Below, in pieces: positions 35,718 to 44,994 of a DNA stretch of 64,000 bases. This DNA is from Candidatus Cloacimonadales bacterium (GTDB taxonomy: Bacteria > Cloacimonadota > Cloacimonadia > Cloacimonadales > JAIOQZ01). The number at the start of each line of letters is the position of its first letter. The first letter of the stretch is position 1. A program made the translations under genes and the position numbers. The stretch spans positions 1-64,000 of the forward strand of contig CAXXTU010000002.1 of assembly GCA_963662655.2 (NCBI GenBank), read 5' to 3'. The notes under the pieces were generated by a model. That model saw only the letters and a program-made list of their open reading frames with translations, had not been told where the DNA came from and did no database searches.

Positions 35718-36488
35718 TCAGGAAAGCTTGGGGGATGGCGGCATCTGCCGTTTGAACGCAGACCTTTTCACCAACCGGATCGTCTTCTCGATATCGTTCA
35801 TCTGGTACCCCGAGTCGGCAATTTCCTCGGCGGTCCACTCGAGTTCGATCAGGTGATAGAGGATTTTGTCCAGCGTAGCGTAGGTGATACCCAGCTCGCC
35901 TTCGTCCGTCTGGCCGTCCCAGAGATCGGCCGTGGGCTTCTTTTCGATAACGGACTTCGGAAGGCCGAGGCTCTTCGCCATTTCCCATACTTCGGTTTTA
36001 TAGATGTGGCCGATGGGCTCGAACGCGCATGCGCCGTCACCGTGCTGCGTAACGTAGCCGATGAGCAGCTCCGTCTTGTTGCCGGTTCCCACCACTAGTG
36101 CGTTGAGCTTGGCCGATTGGTCGTAGAGAACGCACATGCGTTCACGAGCCATACGGTTGCCTCGTCTCAAAGGGGGAGCATCCGGTTCGTATGTGTTGAA
36201 ATAGGCGTCCACCATGGGCGTAATCTCGATGACAAAGCTGTCGATTCCCAGTTGATCCGCCACTTCCTTCGCGTGGTTGTAGCTGTCGGGATGGCTTCCG
36301 CGATAGGGAAGCATGATTCCGGTAACGTTCTCTCTTCCCACAGCCATAACCGATAAAGCAGCTGCGAGCGATGAATCGATGCCGCCCGAGAGACCGATGA
36401 CAAGCTTGTCCATGCCGGCTTGCTTCAGTTGCTGCCGGATGAAATCAACGATATGTTCAACTTCTTGTTGGAGATCGATTTTCCTCAT
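35718..36488 (-). CDS. nadE: NH3-dependent NAD+ synthetase
   Basis: GLSGGIDSS, GNRMARERM, GTGNKTE, PTADLWDGQTDE. Confidence 0.97.
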   Translation of the reverse strand: MRKIDLQQEVEHIVDFIRQQLKQAGMDKLVIGLSGGIDSSLAAALSVMAVGRENVTGIMLPYRGSHPDSYNHAKEVADQLGIDSFVIEITPMVDAYFNTYEPDAPPLRRGNRMARERMCVLYDQSAKLNALVVGTGNKTELLIGYVTQHGDGACAFEPIGHIYKTEVWEMAKSLGLPKSVIEKKPTADLWDGQTDEGELGITYATLDKILYHLIELEWTAEEIADSGYQMNDIEKTIRLVKRSAFKRQMPPSPKLS

Positions 36489-36496
36489 AAATAACC

Positions 36497-37009
36497 TCAT
36501 TGATCGTATGGCGCACATATAATCTCAAGCACTTTCGCGTCAACAAAATCAGAGGCAAATCCTGGAATTAAAACCACGGCCGTATCCAGAAGGTTTTCCC
36601 GGCCTCCGACGCACAGAATTTTATCGCCGGATTGGACGATTTCGCAAATCAGAGCCATGCTGCCGATGCGCAGGCTCTCCTTGAGGGACTTGCTCATCAA
36701 TTCCAGACTCACCTTCACCAGCTCGTGCGGGAGGCGATGGATATCGAGCTCGGGAAGGTTCTTGACTCGCGCTTTTCGATACATCTCCGGTTTGATGATC
36801 AACATCCCCTTCTCGATCTGCTCATCGCAGAATTCGGTAGTGATATTGTCGGTGTATTTCTCGACCATGAAAAAGGGATTGAATCGCTGGAAAAGTTCGA
36901 TCGTCTCCGGTTTCTTAAGCGCAACGGCCACAGGAATGTCGGGGTCGCACTGATCGAGAATCTTCGCGACTTCACGGTCGCTATGCTCATTCGGATTGAT
37001 GATATACAT
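36497..37009 (-). CDS. Divergent pyruvate-kinase C-terminal (PK_C/MTH1675-like) domain protein
   Basis: C-terminus VGG...DTAVVLIP..ASDF....VLEIICAP resembles this family. Confidence 0.55.
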   Translation of the reverse strand: MYIINPNEHSDREVAKILDQCDPDIPVAVALKKPETIELFQRFNPFFMVEKYTDNITTEFCDEQIEKGMLIIKPEMYRKARVKNLPELDIHRLPHELVKVSLELMSKSLKESLRIGSMALICEIVQSGDKILCVGGRENLLDTAVVLIPGFASDFVDAKVLEIICAPYDQ

Positions 37010-37191
37010 ACTGCACCACCTTTACCTTTGAACCGTATCATTCACGGCCCATGATCATTTTCCCATTTAAATAACCCCGGTGTGGATGTTAAGAAAAAAA
37101 ACAGTTTTTTTCTTGCGGGTTTTCCTTGCGCATCCATAATTACAATAGAAATGTTGTCGCCGATGCGATATTCTATAATATTGGAGTCCTC

Positions 37192-38958
37192 ATGAAACAG
37201 ATCGTTACGGTTGTTATTGTGTTAATCGTTGCATTTCTTAGTGCTTCTGAAAGCGTTTATCTCACGGTGAAAAATCCGGATAACGCACTGGTGCGGAAAC
37301 TTGATATAGTCCATCGCGAGTATGCCCGTAACAATGGAAACGGGACCCTGCAATTTCTTGCGGATGTCGAAATGCTCGATTTTATTGAAAAAAACAACTA
37401 CGAGTACACCGTTCGCGGCACCCGGGAGGAACTTCAGCGCGAGCTCGAAGAATACCACAACTATTCGGAAGTACTAACCGAGCTTGAAGAGTATTCTTCC
37501 AGCTATGATGATATCGTTCAACTCAGTTCACTGGGCCCTTCTTATGGCAAAATATACTACGATAACGGCAACAATTCCTACTCCGCTCTTCAGCATGAGA
37601 TATGGCTCATGAAAGTCTCGGATAATCCGGATGTCGAAGAGGATGAGCCCAATGTTTTCATCGGTGGCGGTATTCACGGAAGAGAGGTTATCAGCGTCGA
37701 AGTAGCGATGTTTGTGCTCCAGCATATTCTCGAAAACTACGGCACGGACGACGCGATTACAGAGCTGGTGGACAACAACCAGATATGGTTCGTTCCGCTG
37801 ATGAATCCGGATGGACACCGACTTAGCGTTTATGAGCTCGACCTGTTTCACCGAAAGAACATGCGCGATAACAACGAAAACCAGTTGCCGAACTATTCTT
37901 CTATAGATGGAGTGGATCTCAATCGTAATTTTGGTTACGTGTGGGGAAACAACCATGCCTCCGACGCTTATAGCTCGGAGCTTTACCACGGCCCCGAAGC
38001 GTGGTCGGAGCCGGAAGTGTGCTACATTCGCGATTTGATTCGCGAGCGACGTTTCTGGGGGGCGATTACCTATCATTCGTCCGGCGAATATGTGATGTAC
38101 CCATTGGGATTTCTCGACGGGGTTTGCTCGTACGACCACGAAATCATGGGCGCTCTCTCCGACGCGATGGCCGAGAGTATTCCTCGCATTAATGCCATGG
38201 GCTACTACCAATCGATTCAGTGTGTTGATTACGGATACACCTGCCAGGGCACCATGGGCGATTGGGGATACTCGGAGCAGCGAATCTTCGGCTTCACGAT
38301 CGAGCTCGCGGACGAGAGTTTCCCGGAGGAGATCGATGAAATCTGCCAGGACAATCTTGAAGCGGCGCTGATGTTCATCGGTCGTGCTTCCCAATCGACG
38401 CTTTCCGGTGTTATCACCGATCCGGAAAGAAATCCCCTTGTTGCGGACGTGTACGTGGAGGAGATCGATGGCCAGGAGGGAATGACTCCGGTGGAGCCTT
38501 CACGCAGCAATGCAATGTTCGGGCGGTATATCCGTCCTCTATTGCCGGGAAGTTACACGGTCCGTTTCGAACACGAGAATTACAACCCGATCACGGTTGA
38601 AGATGTTGAAATTCACGAGGATAGCAATACATACCTGAATATAACAATGGGTGGAAGCGGTGTTGATAATGATATCGTCGCACCATCCCTTTCGATTGTC
38701 AATTACCCCAATCCGTTCAATCCGGAAACGATAATCGCCATGAGCCTGCCTTCTTCGACAAATATCGATGTGACGCTTTACGACGTCAAGGGCCGGAAGG
38801 TGAAAAAGCTTTTCTCCGGTCGAAGCGAGCAAAATCAGCTTCGGCTGACCTGGGATGGAACCGATGACCAGGGAAGTAAGGTATCCTCCGGAATCTACTT
38901 TGTGCAGGCCAGGACGGCATCTTGTCAGTTAACCCATAAACTCATGCTGGTGAAATGA
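37192..38958 (+). CDS. M14 zinc carboxypeptidase with C-terminal FlgD-Ig/T9SS-like sorting domain
   Basis: HGRE, NPDG, RKN, DLNRNF, TYHS, FTIEL; NYPNPFNP...WDG...SGIYF...KLMLVK. Confidence 0.93.
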   Translation: MKQIVTVVIVLIVAFLSASESVYLTVKNPDNALVRKLDIVHREYARNNGNGTLQFLADVEMLDFIEKNNYEYTVRGTREELQRELEEYHNYSEVLTELEEYSSSYDDIVQLSSLGPSYGKIYYDNGNNSYSALQHEIWLMKVSDNPDVEEDEPNVFIGGGIHGREVISVEVAMFVLQHILENYGTDDAITELVDNNQIWFVPLMNPDGHRLSVYELDLFHRKNMRDNNENQLPNYSSIDGVDLNRNFGYVWGNNHASDAYSSELYHGPEAWSEPEVCYIRDLIRERRFWGAITYHSSGEYVMYPLGFLDGVCSYDHEIMGALSDAMAESIPRINAMGYYQSIQCVDYGYTCQGTMGDWGYSEQRIFGFTIELADESFPEEIDEICQDNLEAALMFIGRASQSTLSGVITDPERNPLVADVYVEEIDGQEGMTPVEPSRSNAMFGRYIRPLLPGSYTVRFEHENYNPITVEDVEIHEDSNTYLNITMGGSGVDNDIVAPSLSIVNYPNPFNPETIIAMSLPSSTNIDVTLYDVKGRKVKKLFSGRSEQNQLRLTWDGTDDQGSKVSSGIYFVQARTASCQLTHKLMLVK

Positions 38959-40679
38959 TGAAGAAACTTGCGATTCTCCTTTTACTCCTTGCTGTGATGG
39001 TTTTCAACGTGTGCTGGGCGGTGGAACAAGAAACTACCCATGCACCAATTGTCGAGTTCTCCGTGACCAATGGCGATGCGGCGTTGATGAAATGGCTGAT
39101 GGACAATGAATACTTGAGTGATTTCCACCAGCAACCGCAATCCCTTCATTTTACCGGCGACGCTGCCGCCCGGGCGCATTTGGCCAGTCATGGATACACC
39201 TTTGAGGAATATACCGTCGATGTGGATCGGTATCTGAGCGGCTATCAGCCCTACGGCGTGATTGCCGACAGCATTTTCGCATTAGCCGCGATGTATCCCG
39301 ATATCACGCAGCTCATCGATTACGGTCCCACGACCTGCCATACCTATTACCTGAATGGAAACGTAGATTACGAGGATTTGCAATTCAACGTATATTGCCT
39401 GAAGCTCTCCGACAATCCTGACGCGGAAGAGGACGAACCTAACGTCTATTTCGCGGGGGGAATCCACGCGCGTGAGACCATCAGCGTGGAAGTGACCATG
39501 CATGTCCTGACGTGGCTCCTGGAAAATTACGGGATCGATAGCGACGCGACGAATTGGATCGACAACAACCAGATTTGGGTGATTCCGGTAATCAATCCCG
39601 ACGGCTACGAAGTGGCGGTGCAAGAGTGGCATGCGTACCACCGTAAGAACATGCGGGATAACGATGGCGACGGCGCTCCCGATTTCAGTACCACAGACGG
39701 CGTGGATTTGAATCGTAATTTCGGGTATGTGTGGGGTCCCAACGGCACTTCGAGCAATCCCTCCAACAGCTTGTACAACGGCCCCTTCGCGTGGTCTGAA
39801 ATTGAAACAGTTTACATGCGCGAGATGATCCAGGCGAGGAGATTCTGGGGCGGAATCACGTACCACTCTTACGGGGAGTGGGTAATCTATCCGCTTGGGC
39901 ATATAGATGGAGCTTGTTCGCTGGATCACGAGATTATGAATGAACTGGCGGTCGATATGGCTGCAACGATTCCTCAGATTGACGGAACGGGGCACTATAC
40001 GCCCGTGCAGGCTTCTGATTTCTCATACACCTGCCAGGGTACGATGGGTGACTGGTCATACTCTGAAGAGCGAGTATTCGGCTTCACGATCGAGCTCAAT
40101 CACTTCTCCTTTGGCGGGTATTATCCACCGCCGCCGTATATCGACCAAATCAAGGCGGACAATCTCGAAGCGGCGTTAATGTTTCTGGATCGAATCAATC
40201 GCCAGACGCTCGTCGGGCATATCACAGACGAAACCGGTGCGCCGGTCGAGGCGGAGGTGTGGGTAATGGGCATCGATGATCAACTGGGATTGTCGCCCGT
40301 CGAGCCTTACCAATGTGACGCGAATACAGGCCGATACGAGCGACCTCTTTTGCCCGGGACTTATCAGGTGACGTTCAAGGCTTTGGGATACTTCGATTGC
40401 GTTTTTGACAATGTAACCATCGATGTAAATAACAATACGGTTGTGAATCCTGTTCTTTACGGAGAAACGGTGCTCTCGTGCCTGATTTCAGCCGAAAACA
40501 ACCAGGTAGAGCTTTCCTGGAACGATCCGGACGGCTTCGATTACTCCGTGACTTCCTGCGAGACGCCTGATGGAGATTTCGAGGTGGATGAATCCGGGCA
40601 GTTTACCCGAGACAACGTCTGGACCGCGCCTCTGATCGAGCCCAGGAGATTCTACCGCGTTCACCGGGCTGCCCGATAG
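38955..40679 (+). CDS. M14 zinc carboxypeptidase paralog with RRFYRV-type C-terminus
   Basis: HARE, DLNRNF, TYHSYG, FTIEL; signal peptide. Confidence 0.92.
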   Translation: MMKKLAILLLLLAVMVFNVCWAVEQETTHAPIVEFSVTNGDAALMKWLMDNEYLSDFHQQPQSLHFTGDAAARAHLASHGYTFEEYTVDVDRYLSGYQPYGVIADSIFALAAMYPDITQLIDYGPTTCHTYYLNGNVDYEDLQFNVYCLKLSDNPDAEEDEPNVYFAGGIHARETISVEVTMHVLTWLLENYGIDSDATNWIDNNQIWVIPVINPDGYEVAVQEWHAYHRKNMRDNDGDGAPDFSTTDGVDLNRNFGYVWGPNGTSSNPSNSLYNGPFAWSEIETVYMREMIQARRFWGGITYHSYGEWVIYPLGHIDGACSLDHEIMNELAVDMAATIPQIDGTGHYTPVQASDFSYTCQGTMGDWSYSEERVFGFTIELNHFSFGGYYPPPPYIDQIKADNLEAALMFLDRINRQTLVGHITDETGAPVEAEVWVMGIDDQLGLSPVEPYQCDANTGRYERPLLPGTYQVTFKALGYFDCVFDNVTIDVNNNTVVNPVLYGETVLSCLISAENNQVELSWNDPDGFDYSVTSCETPDGDFEVDESGQFTRDNVWTAPLIEPRRFYRVHRAAR

Positions 40680-40736
40680 AGGATATCTTTACCCGCCTGA
40701 TCTGTTTTTTTGCGAAGAAAACACGGATTCCTCAAA

Positions 40737-40803
40737 GAGTCGAAGGGTCAATCGATGTCTAAACTTCGATACGATTCAGTTAACTGAATCACTCAGCATG
40801 ACA
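40737..40803. repeat. REP-like family 3 variant with internal 18-bp palindrome
   Basis: GAGTCGAAGG...CTTCGATAC-GATTCAGTTAACTGAATC-ACTCAGCATGACA. Confidence 0.6.
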
Positions 40804-40854
40804 TCGGAGGGTAACCTCTACTCACTCGATTTGCAACAGAGCCACATTCTTACA

Positions 40855-40892
40855 TAAAAGGAATCGCTCCCGATGAGGGGAATCGGGAGCGA
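40855..40892 (-). terminator. Probable terminator after the gingipain gene
   Basis: TCGCTCCCGAT/ATCGGGAGCGA 11-bp stem with a U-rich tail on the minus strand. Confidence 0.65.
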
Positions 40893-40943
40893 ATGGGTTT
40901 TCTTCACAGCTCATGAAGCCGGAAGAAGGAGGAGAATCAAAAT

Positions 40944-43900
40944 CTATTTCAACAACAGCATTTTTCTGTTGAAGTGATCGTCGCCAATCTCCAGCCGATA
41001 GAAGTAAACACCGCTACCGACGGTATTGCCGCTTTCGTTTATACCTTTCCACACCGCTTCGTGCATACCCGAATCAAGTTTCTCGTTGACCAGCGTTCTG
41101 ACGAGCTGTCCTCGGATGTTGTAAATCTTCAGCGTGACGTTCTGTGCTGCGGAAGCCGGGCTCACACTGTACCGGATTTTCGTTTCGGGATTGAAAGGAT
41201 TGGGGTAGTTCTGCCACAACTGGTTTGCCACCTCGGGGGCGTTACCGTTTCCATTCGAGGAGATGTAGAGAGTGTAGTCGCAGTATTCGGAAATTTCTTC
41301 GCCACGCACGCACGCGATGCTGTAAACAAACTGCGTTTCGGTCATTTCGGTCAGATCGTCCGTAAGGTGATTACTGGTGACATTCTCCGCGATGATTTCG
41401 CCGTCGCGCTTGATCGTGAAGCTTTCTACAACGACGTCCGGGCTCACCCAGTCAATCTGGGCGATGCCTTCCGCAAAGCTTCCCTGGATATCGGTTGGAG
41501 GTAACAGCGGCATCTCCGTCTCGATCCTCACGTTGTCGACGTACCAGCCTTCGCCGCTGGTGTTGCCGTCGCTGGCAAACACGAAGCGGACGATGGCTTC
41601 GTCTCCGGCAAAATCCGCGAGATCGAAATAGACCTGCGTCCAAGTTATATCGCCTGAGAAAAGAGGTGTTTCGGATGGAAGGTGGCTGCTGTCGCCCCGG
41701 GAAAGGAATGGATAGCCGCCTTCGGGTTCTATCTGATCCCAGGAATCTCCGCCGTCGGTGGAGATTTGGACAAAACCGCCGTCGTAGGCATATCCCGGAT
41801 AGTTGTTGCTGTCTTCCGCGCCCATCCGGTGCCAGAACGTGAGCCATGCGTCTTCAGGAACGGAGAACTGAGGCCCTTCAAGCGCTGTGTACAGGTCGTC
41901 GTTATAACCGCCTGTTCCGGATGAACCGCATTTCCAGCTATATTCACCGCCTACCGTGTAGTTATCCTCGGTGCTTCGGTGCCATTGGTCGTTGGTACCG
42001 GTTGCCTGCGTGTAGTGCTCCCAATCGTAGTACGTCGTTTCGAAGTTGTCCTGGAAAGGATCGATAGTCAGGTTCAGGATGCGGCCGATCCTGTAACCGC
42101 GCTCGCAACGCATGTTCATATAGAATACGATGTTCGTCGGCGCTACGATATCCGTTCCCAGGGTGATGTTGAAATTGCCGAGTCCCACCGATGAACCGGG
42201 ATCGATATCTGAGAAGCTCAGCACATCCGGTGTGATCGTGACATCGCTGTGATCGGTACAAAGCGTTACGCTGAGCGAATCGAGGATGAAATCGCCTTCG
42301 TTTATTAAATCCGTGTCGATCCGAATTAGATCGCCGGGATCCGGAATCCCGTTCCCGTTGCCGGAGAGCTCTTCGAACACTTCGTTTTGGATACCGAAAA
42401 TCGGAACCTGGATCGGGACGGAGAAATTGTATTGCCATTCGCTCGTTCCGGAAGTGAAGGTCACCGTAAACTCCGCCTGGGTTTCGGCAGGGATATCGAC
42501 CACGGTCGCGAGCGTGAAACTCATCTCGCTCGTAACGGTCTCATGAGCTGCAACAGCTCCGAATTCCACTTCGTCCTCACCCAGCCGGATATACTCGCAA
42601 TCCGTTGTAAGGACCGCGGTCAGGTTGTCCAGTCCCTGGTTTCCAACGTTGCTGGCCGGGATCGAAACTTCAACCGCTTCGTTCCAGCCCAGGAAGTTGT
42701 TGTTGTTATCGAGGAAGGCGATTTCGCCCGGCACAATAAAGGCTTCGTCCGGCGCGATCACGTCGATTTCGCTTGTGGCGTTGAGGATGTTGTGTCCCGA
42801 TACGGAGATGGTGATCGCCCCTGGAATATCAGGGATCGTCATCAATTCTATTTGCTCCGAAACACCGTTTTGCACGATGTATCTGGCAATCAATTCGTCA
42901 TTGAAGAACGCTGCGAGAAGGATTTCTTCCACATTGTTGTCACTGACTGTGACCGTCGCCTCGAAGCTCGAAGAGCCCAGAGGTATTATCTCCGGTGTAT
43001 CGATGGTGACTTCAGCGGGTTGGTCGGACCAGATATCCAGCGTTGGATCGCCAAGCAGCGTTGACTCGAAATAGGACCACAGCATGACGGTGTTTGCGCT
43101 CAGGTAAGGTACGGTATCGTCTTTACTGTCAGCTTGCGCTTTGGAGATAACCGTGATATTCTCGCCGTAAAGCGCATCGTAGAATTCGCGCTGGAGGTGC
43201 TGGGAAGCTCCGTTGGTCTGCTGGCTGTCTCCCCACCCGTAACGTGTGTTGCCAACATAGCATGCAGCGCCGTTTTGCAAGTTGTTCCACTGCTCCGAGA
43301 TGGCGTCTTCGTCCGAGTGGTATCCGTTGGTGTCACGGTTGTCGAAGGCATTGCAATAACAACCTTGCGTATAGATGATGTAGAAGTTGTGATTCGTACC
43401 GTTGTTGGTCATGCGTGTTAGTGTTACGTCGTCAGTCTCGAACTTCATATTATAATGCGTCGAGCAATGTCCGAGATGCCCAATGAGGTTCATGCCGCTG
43501 TTCATCAGGTTGAAGAGCTGTGTTGTCGACCAGGTTCCCTGCATGTCATACAGGCCGGTTACATCGATATGCTCGGGGATGCCGACGGTGGTATAGCCGT
43601 AGTTGGATGATCCATAGTGAACTTCTTCCAGGAAATCCATACCCCAGCAGGCCCATCCCAAATCCTCTCCGACGAGCGCGTTGTTGGTGAGATCGTCGAC
43701 GACAGGTTGGGTTTGATACATCAACTGCTTGTTAACGAAATTCTCCGCTTCCTGAATGTTGTCCACGCATGCGCGTCCGCCGTAAACCTCGGCGTAGAAG
43801 TCGATTTCGTTCCATTCTCCCCAGTTGTTGTCTCCGTCGGAGTTCCAGTCGCCGTCAAGGCAGAAGAAATACATATCCGAAGGGATGTCGTCGTCTTCGT

Positions 43901-44810
43901 AGTAGCCCGGGTCAACAAGGAATCCACGGTGCGGGATATCTTCGTCGTCTCCCGCGAGGAGCACGTACTCGATACCGCAATCGAGGTATTCCGCATTGAT
44001 GTAGTTGCGGATTTTCTCCTGATCGTCGTCACCCTGCATAGCGGCCAGCACGTCATCGACATCGACGATGGTGGTTCGAATGCCAAGGCTGTTCTTGTAT
44101 TCGACCAGCGGAGCGAACGTATCGAGCAATGAGCCGATCGTGATAATTAGGTAGTCGTACGCAACGCGGTCGCGATCTTGCGCCTGTTCCGTGTATGTAA
44201 ACGCGTTCTCGGGATTGATCACCATGCGGGAGAACGCGTCGAGCGTATGTGAATCTTTGCGGACATACGGAGCGTTCTTCTGCGCTTCCGCGTCAAAGGT
44301 TGTCTCGATCGTCAAATCCAGTTCACTATAGAACTCCAGCGCGTTCTCCTGCGGGAGGTAGCGTACGGGATACAGCAACATCGTGTATACTGTGTAACCG
44401 CGATAAACTCCGGTAACTTCGTTTCCGCCCATTTCTTCCGGGAATACGGGCATGGTCGATATATCGTTGCGCATGTTCGTAAACGCCGGCGTCATCGAGG
44501 CGAGCTTGCTGAGCGGGTACTGCTGCTGCACCGGATATACGGGCGCGTGCAGGGCGATGATCTGAGCCGTTCCGTCAATCGAGAAGTCACGAACCATTTC
44601 AGCTTGGGGGAGAAGAATTTTAACCGGGTACGCAGGCAGAAATGGATCGCCCGGGTTGCCGGTATTCGCGAGTTGCGGGACAGTGACTACGCTTTTCCCG
44701 TCTTTTATCTCGATATTGGGTTGATCGAAGTTAAAATGGTACTGAATGGTTTCGGCCGCAAGACAGCAACCAACGATCAGTAAAATAACGGAGATGAGCA
44801 TTCTTCTCAT
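40944..44810 (-). CDS. C25 (gingipain-family) cysteine peptidase with propeptide, Ig-like domains and FlgD/T9SS-like C-terminus
   Basis: YVLLAGD, PSDMYF..LDG.W, HLGH, QGC, LLGDP; QNYPNPFNPET...KMLLLK. Confidence 0.93.
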   Translation of the reverse strand: MRRMLISVILLIVGCCLAAETIQYHFNFDQPNIEIKDGKSVVTVPQLANTGNPGDPFLPAYPVKILLPQAEMVRDFSIDGTAQIIALHAPVYPVQQQYPLSKLASMTPAFTNMRNDISTMPVFPEEMGGNEVTGVYRGYTVYTMLLYPVRYLPQENALEFYSELDLTIETTFDAEAQKNAPYVRKDSHTLDAFSRMVINPENAFTYTEQAQDRDRVAYDYLIITIGSLLDTFAPLVEYKNSLGIRTTIVDVDDVLAAMQGDDDQEKIRNYINAEYLDCGIEYVLLAGDDEDIPHRGFLVDPGYYEDDDIPSDMYFFCLDGDWNSDGDNNWGEWNEIDFYAEVYGGRACVDNIQEAENFVNKQLMYQTQPVVDDLTNNALVGEDLGWACWGMDFLEEVHYGSSNYGYTTVGIPEHIDVTGLYDMQGTWSTTQLFNLMNSGMNLIGHLGHCSTHYNMKFETDDVTLTRMTNNGTNHNFYIIYTQGCYCNAFDNRDTNGYHSDEDAISEQWNNLQNGAACYVGNTRYGWGDSQQTNGASQHLQREFYDALYGENITVISKAQADSKDDTVPYLSANTVMLWSYFESTLLGDPTLDIWSDQPAEVTIDTPEIIPLGSSSFEATVTVSDNNVEEILLAAFFNDELIARYIVQNGVSEQIELMTIPDIPGAITISVSGHNILNATSEIDVIAPDEAFIVPGEIAFLDNNNNFLGWNEAVEVSIPASNVGNQGLDNLTAVLTTDCEYIRLGEDEVEFGAVAAHETVTSEMSFTLATVVDIPAETQAEFTVTFTSGTSEWQYNFSVPIQVPIFGIQNEVFEELSGNGNGIPDPGDLIRIDTDLINEGDFILDSLSVTLCTDHSDVTITPDVLSFSDIDPGSSVGLGNFNITLGTDIVAPTNIVFYMNMRCERGYRIGRILNLTIDPFQDNFETTYYDWEHYTQATGTNDQWHRSTEDNYTVGGEYSWKCGSSGTGGYNDDLYTALEGPQFSVPEDAWLTFWHRMGAEDSNNYPGYAYDGGFVQISTDGGDSWDQIEPEGGYPFLSRGDSSHLPSETPLFSGDITWTQVYFDLADFAGDEAIVRFVFASDGNTSGEGWYVDNVRIETEMPLLPPTDIQGSFAEGIAQIDWVSPDVVVESFTIKRDGEIIAENVTSNHLTDDLTEMTETQFVYSIACVRGEEISEYCDYTLYISSNGNGNAPEVANQLWQNYPNPFNPETKIRYSVSPASAAQNVTLKIYNIRGQLVRTLVNEKLDSGMHEAVWKGINESGNTVGSGVYFYRLEIGDDHFNRKMLLLK

Positions 44811-44994
44811 GGTGGACTCCTCATGTCGATTCTTCAGCAGTTAGAATCATGCAAGGAATGTTCCATTTCGTAACATTAATGAAAGGAATCACGCAATAAG
44901 ATTGATGAATGCTTGCAAGAATGCGTCCTGACTATCCGGCGTAATGCTGCATCCGCGGACACGCGGTTCGAAAATCCTCCGCCGGTGAAATCGA

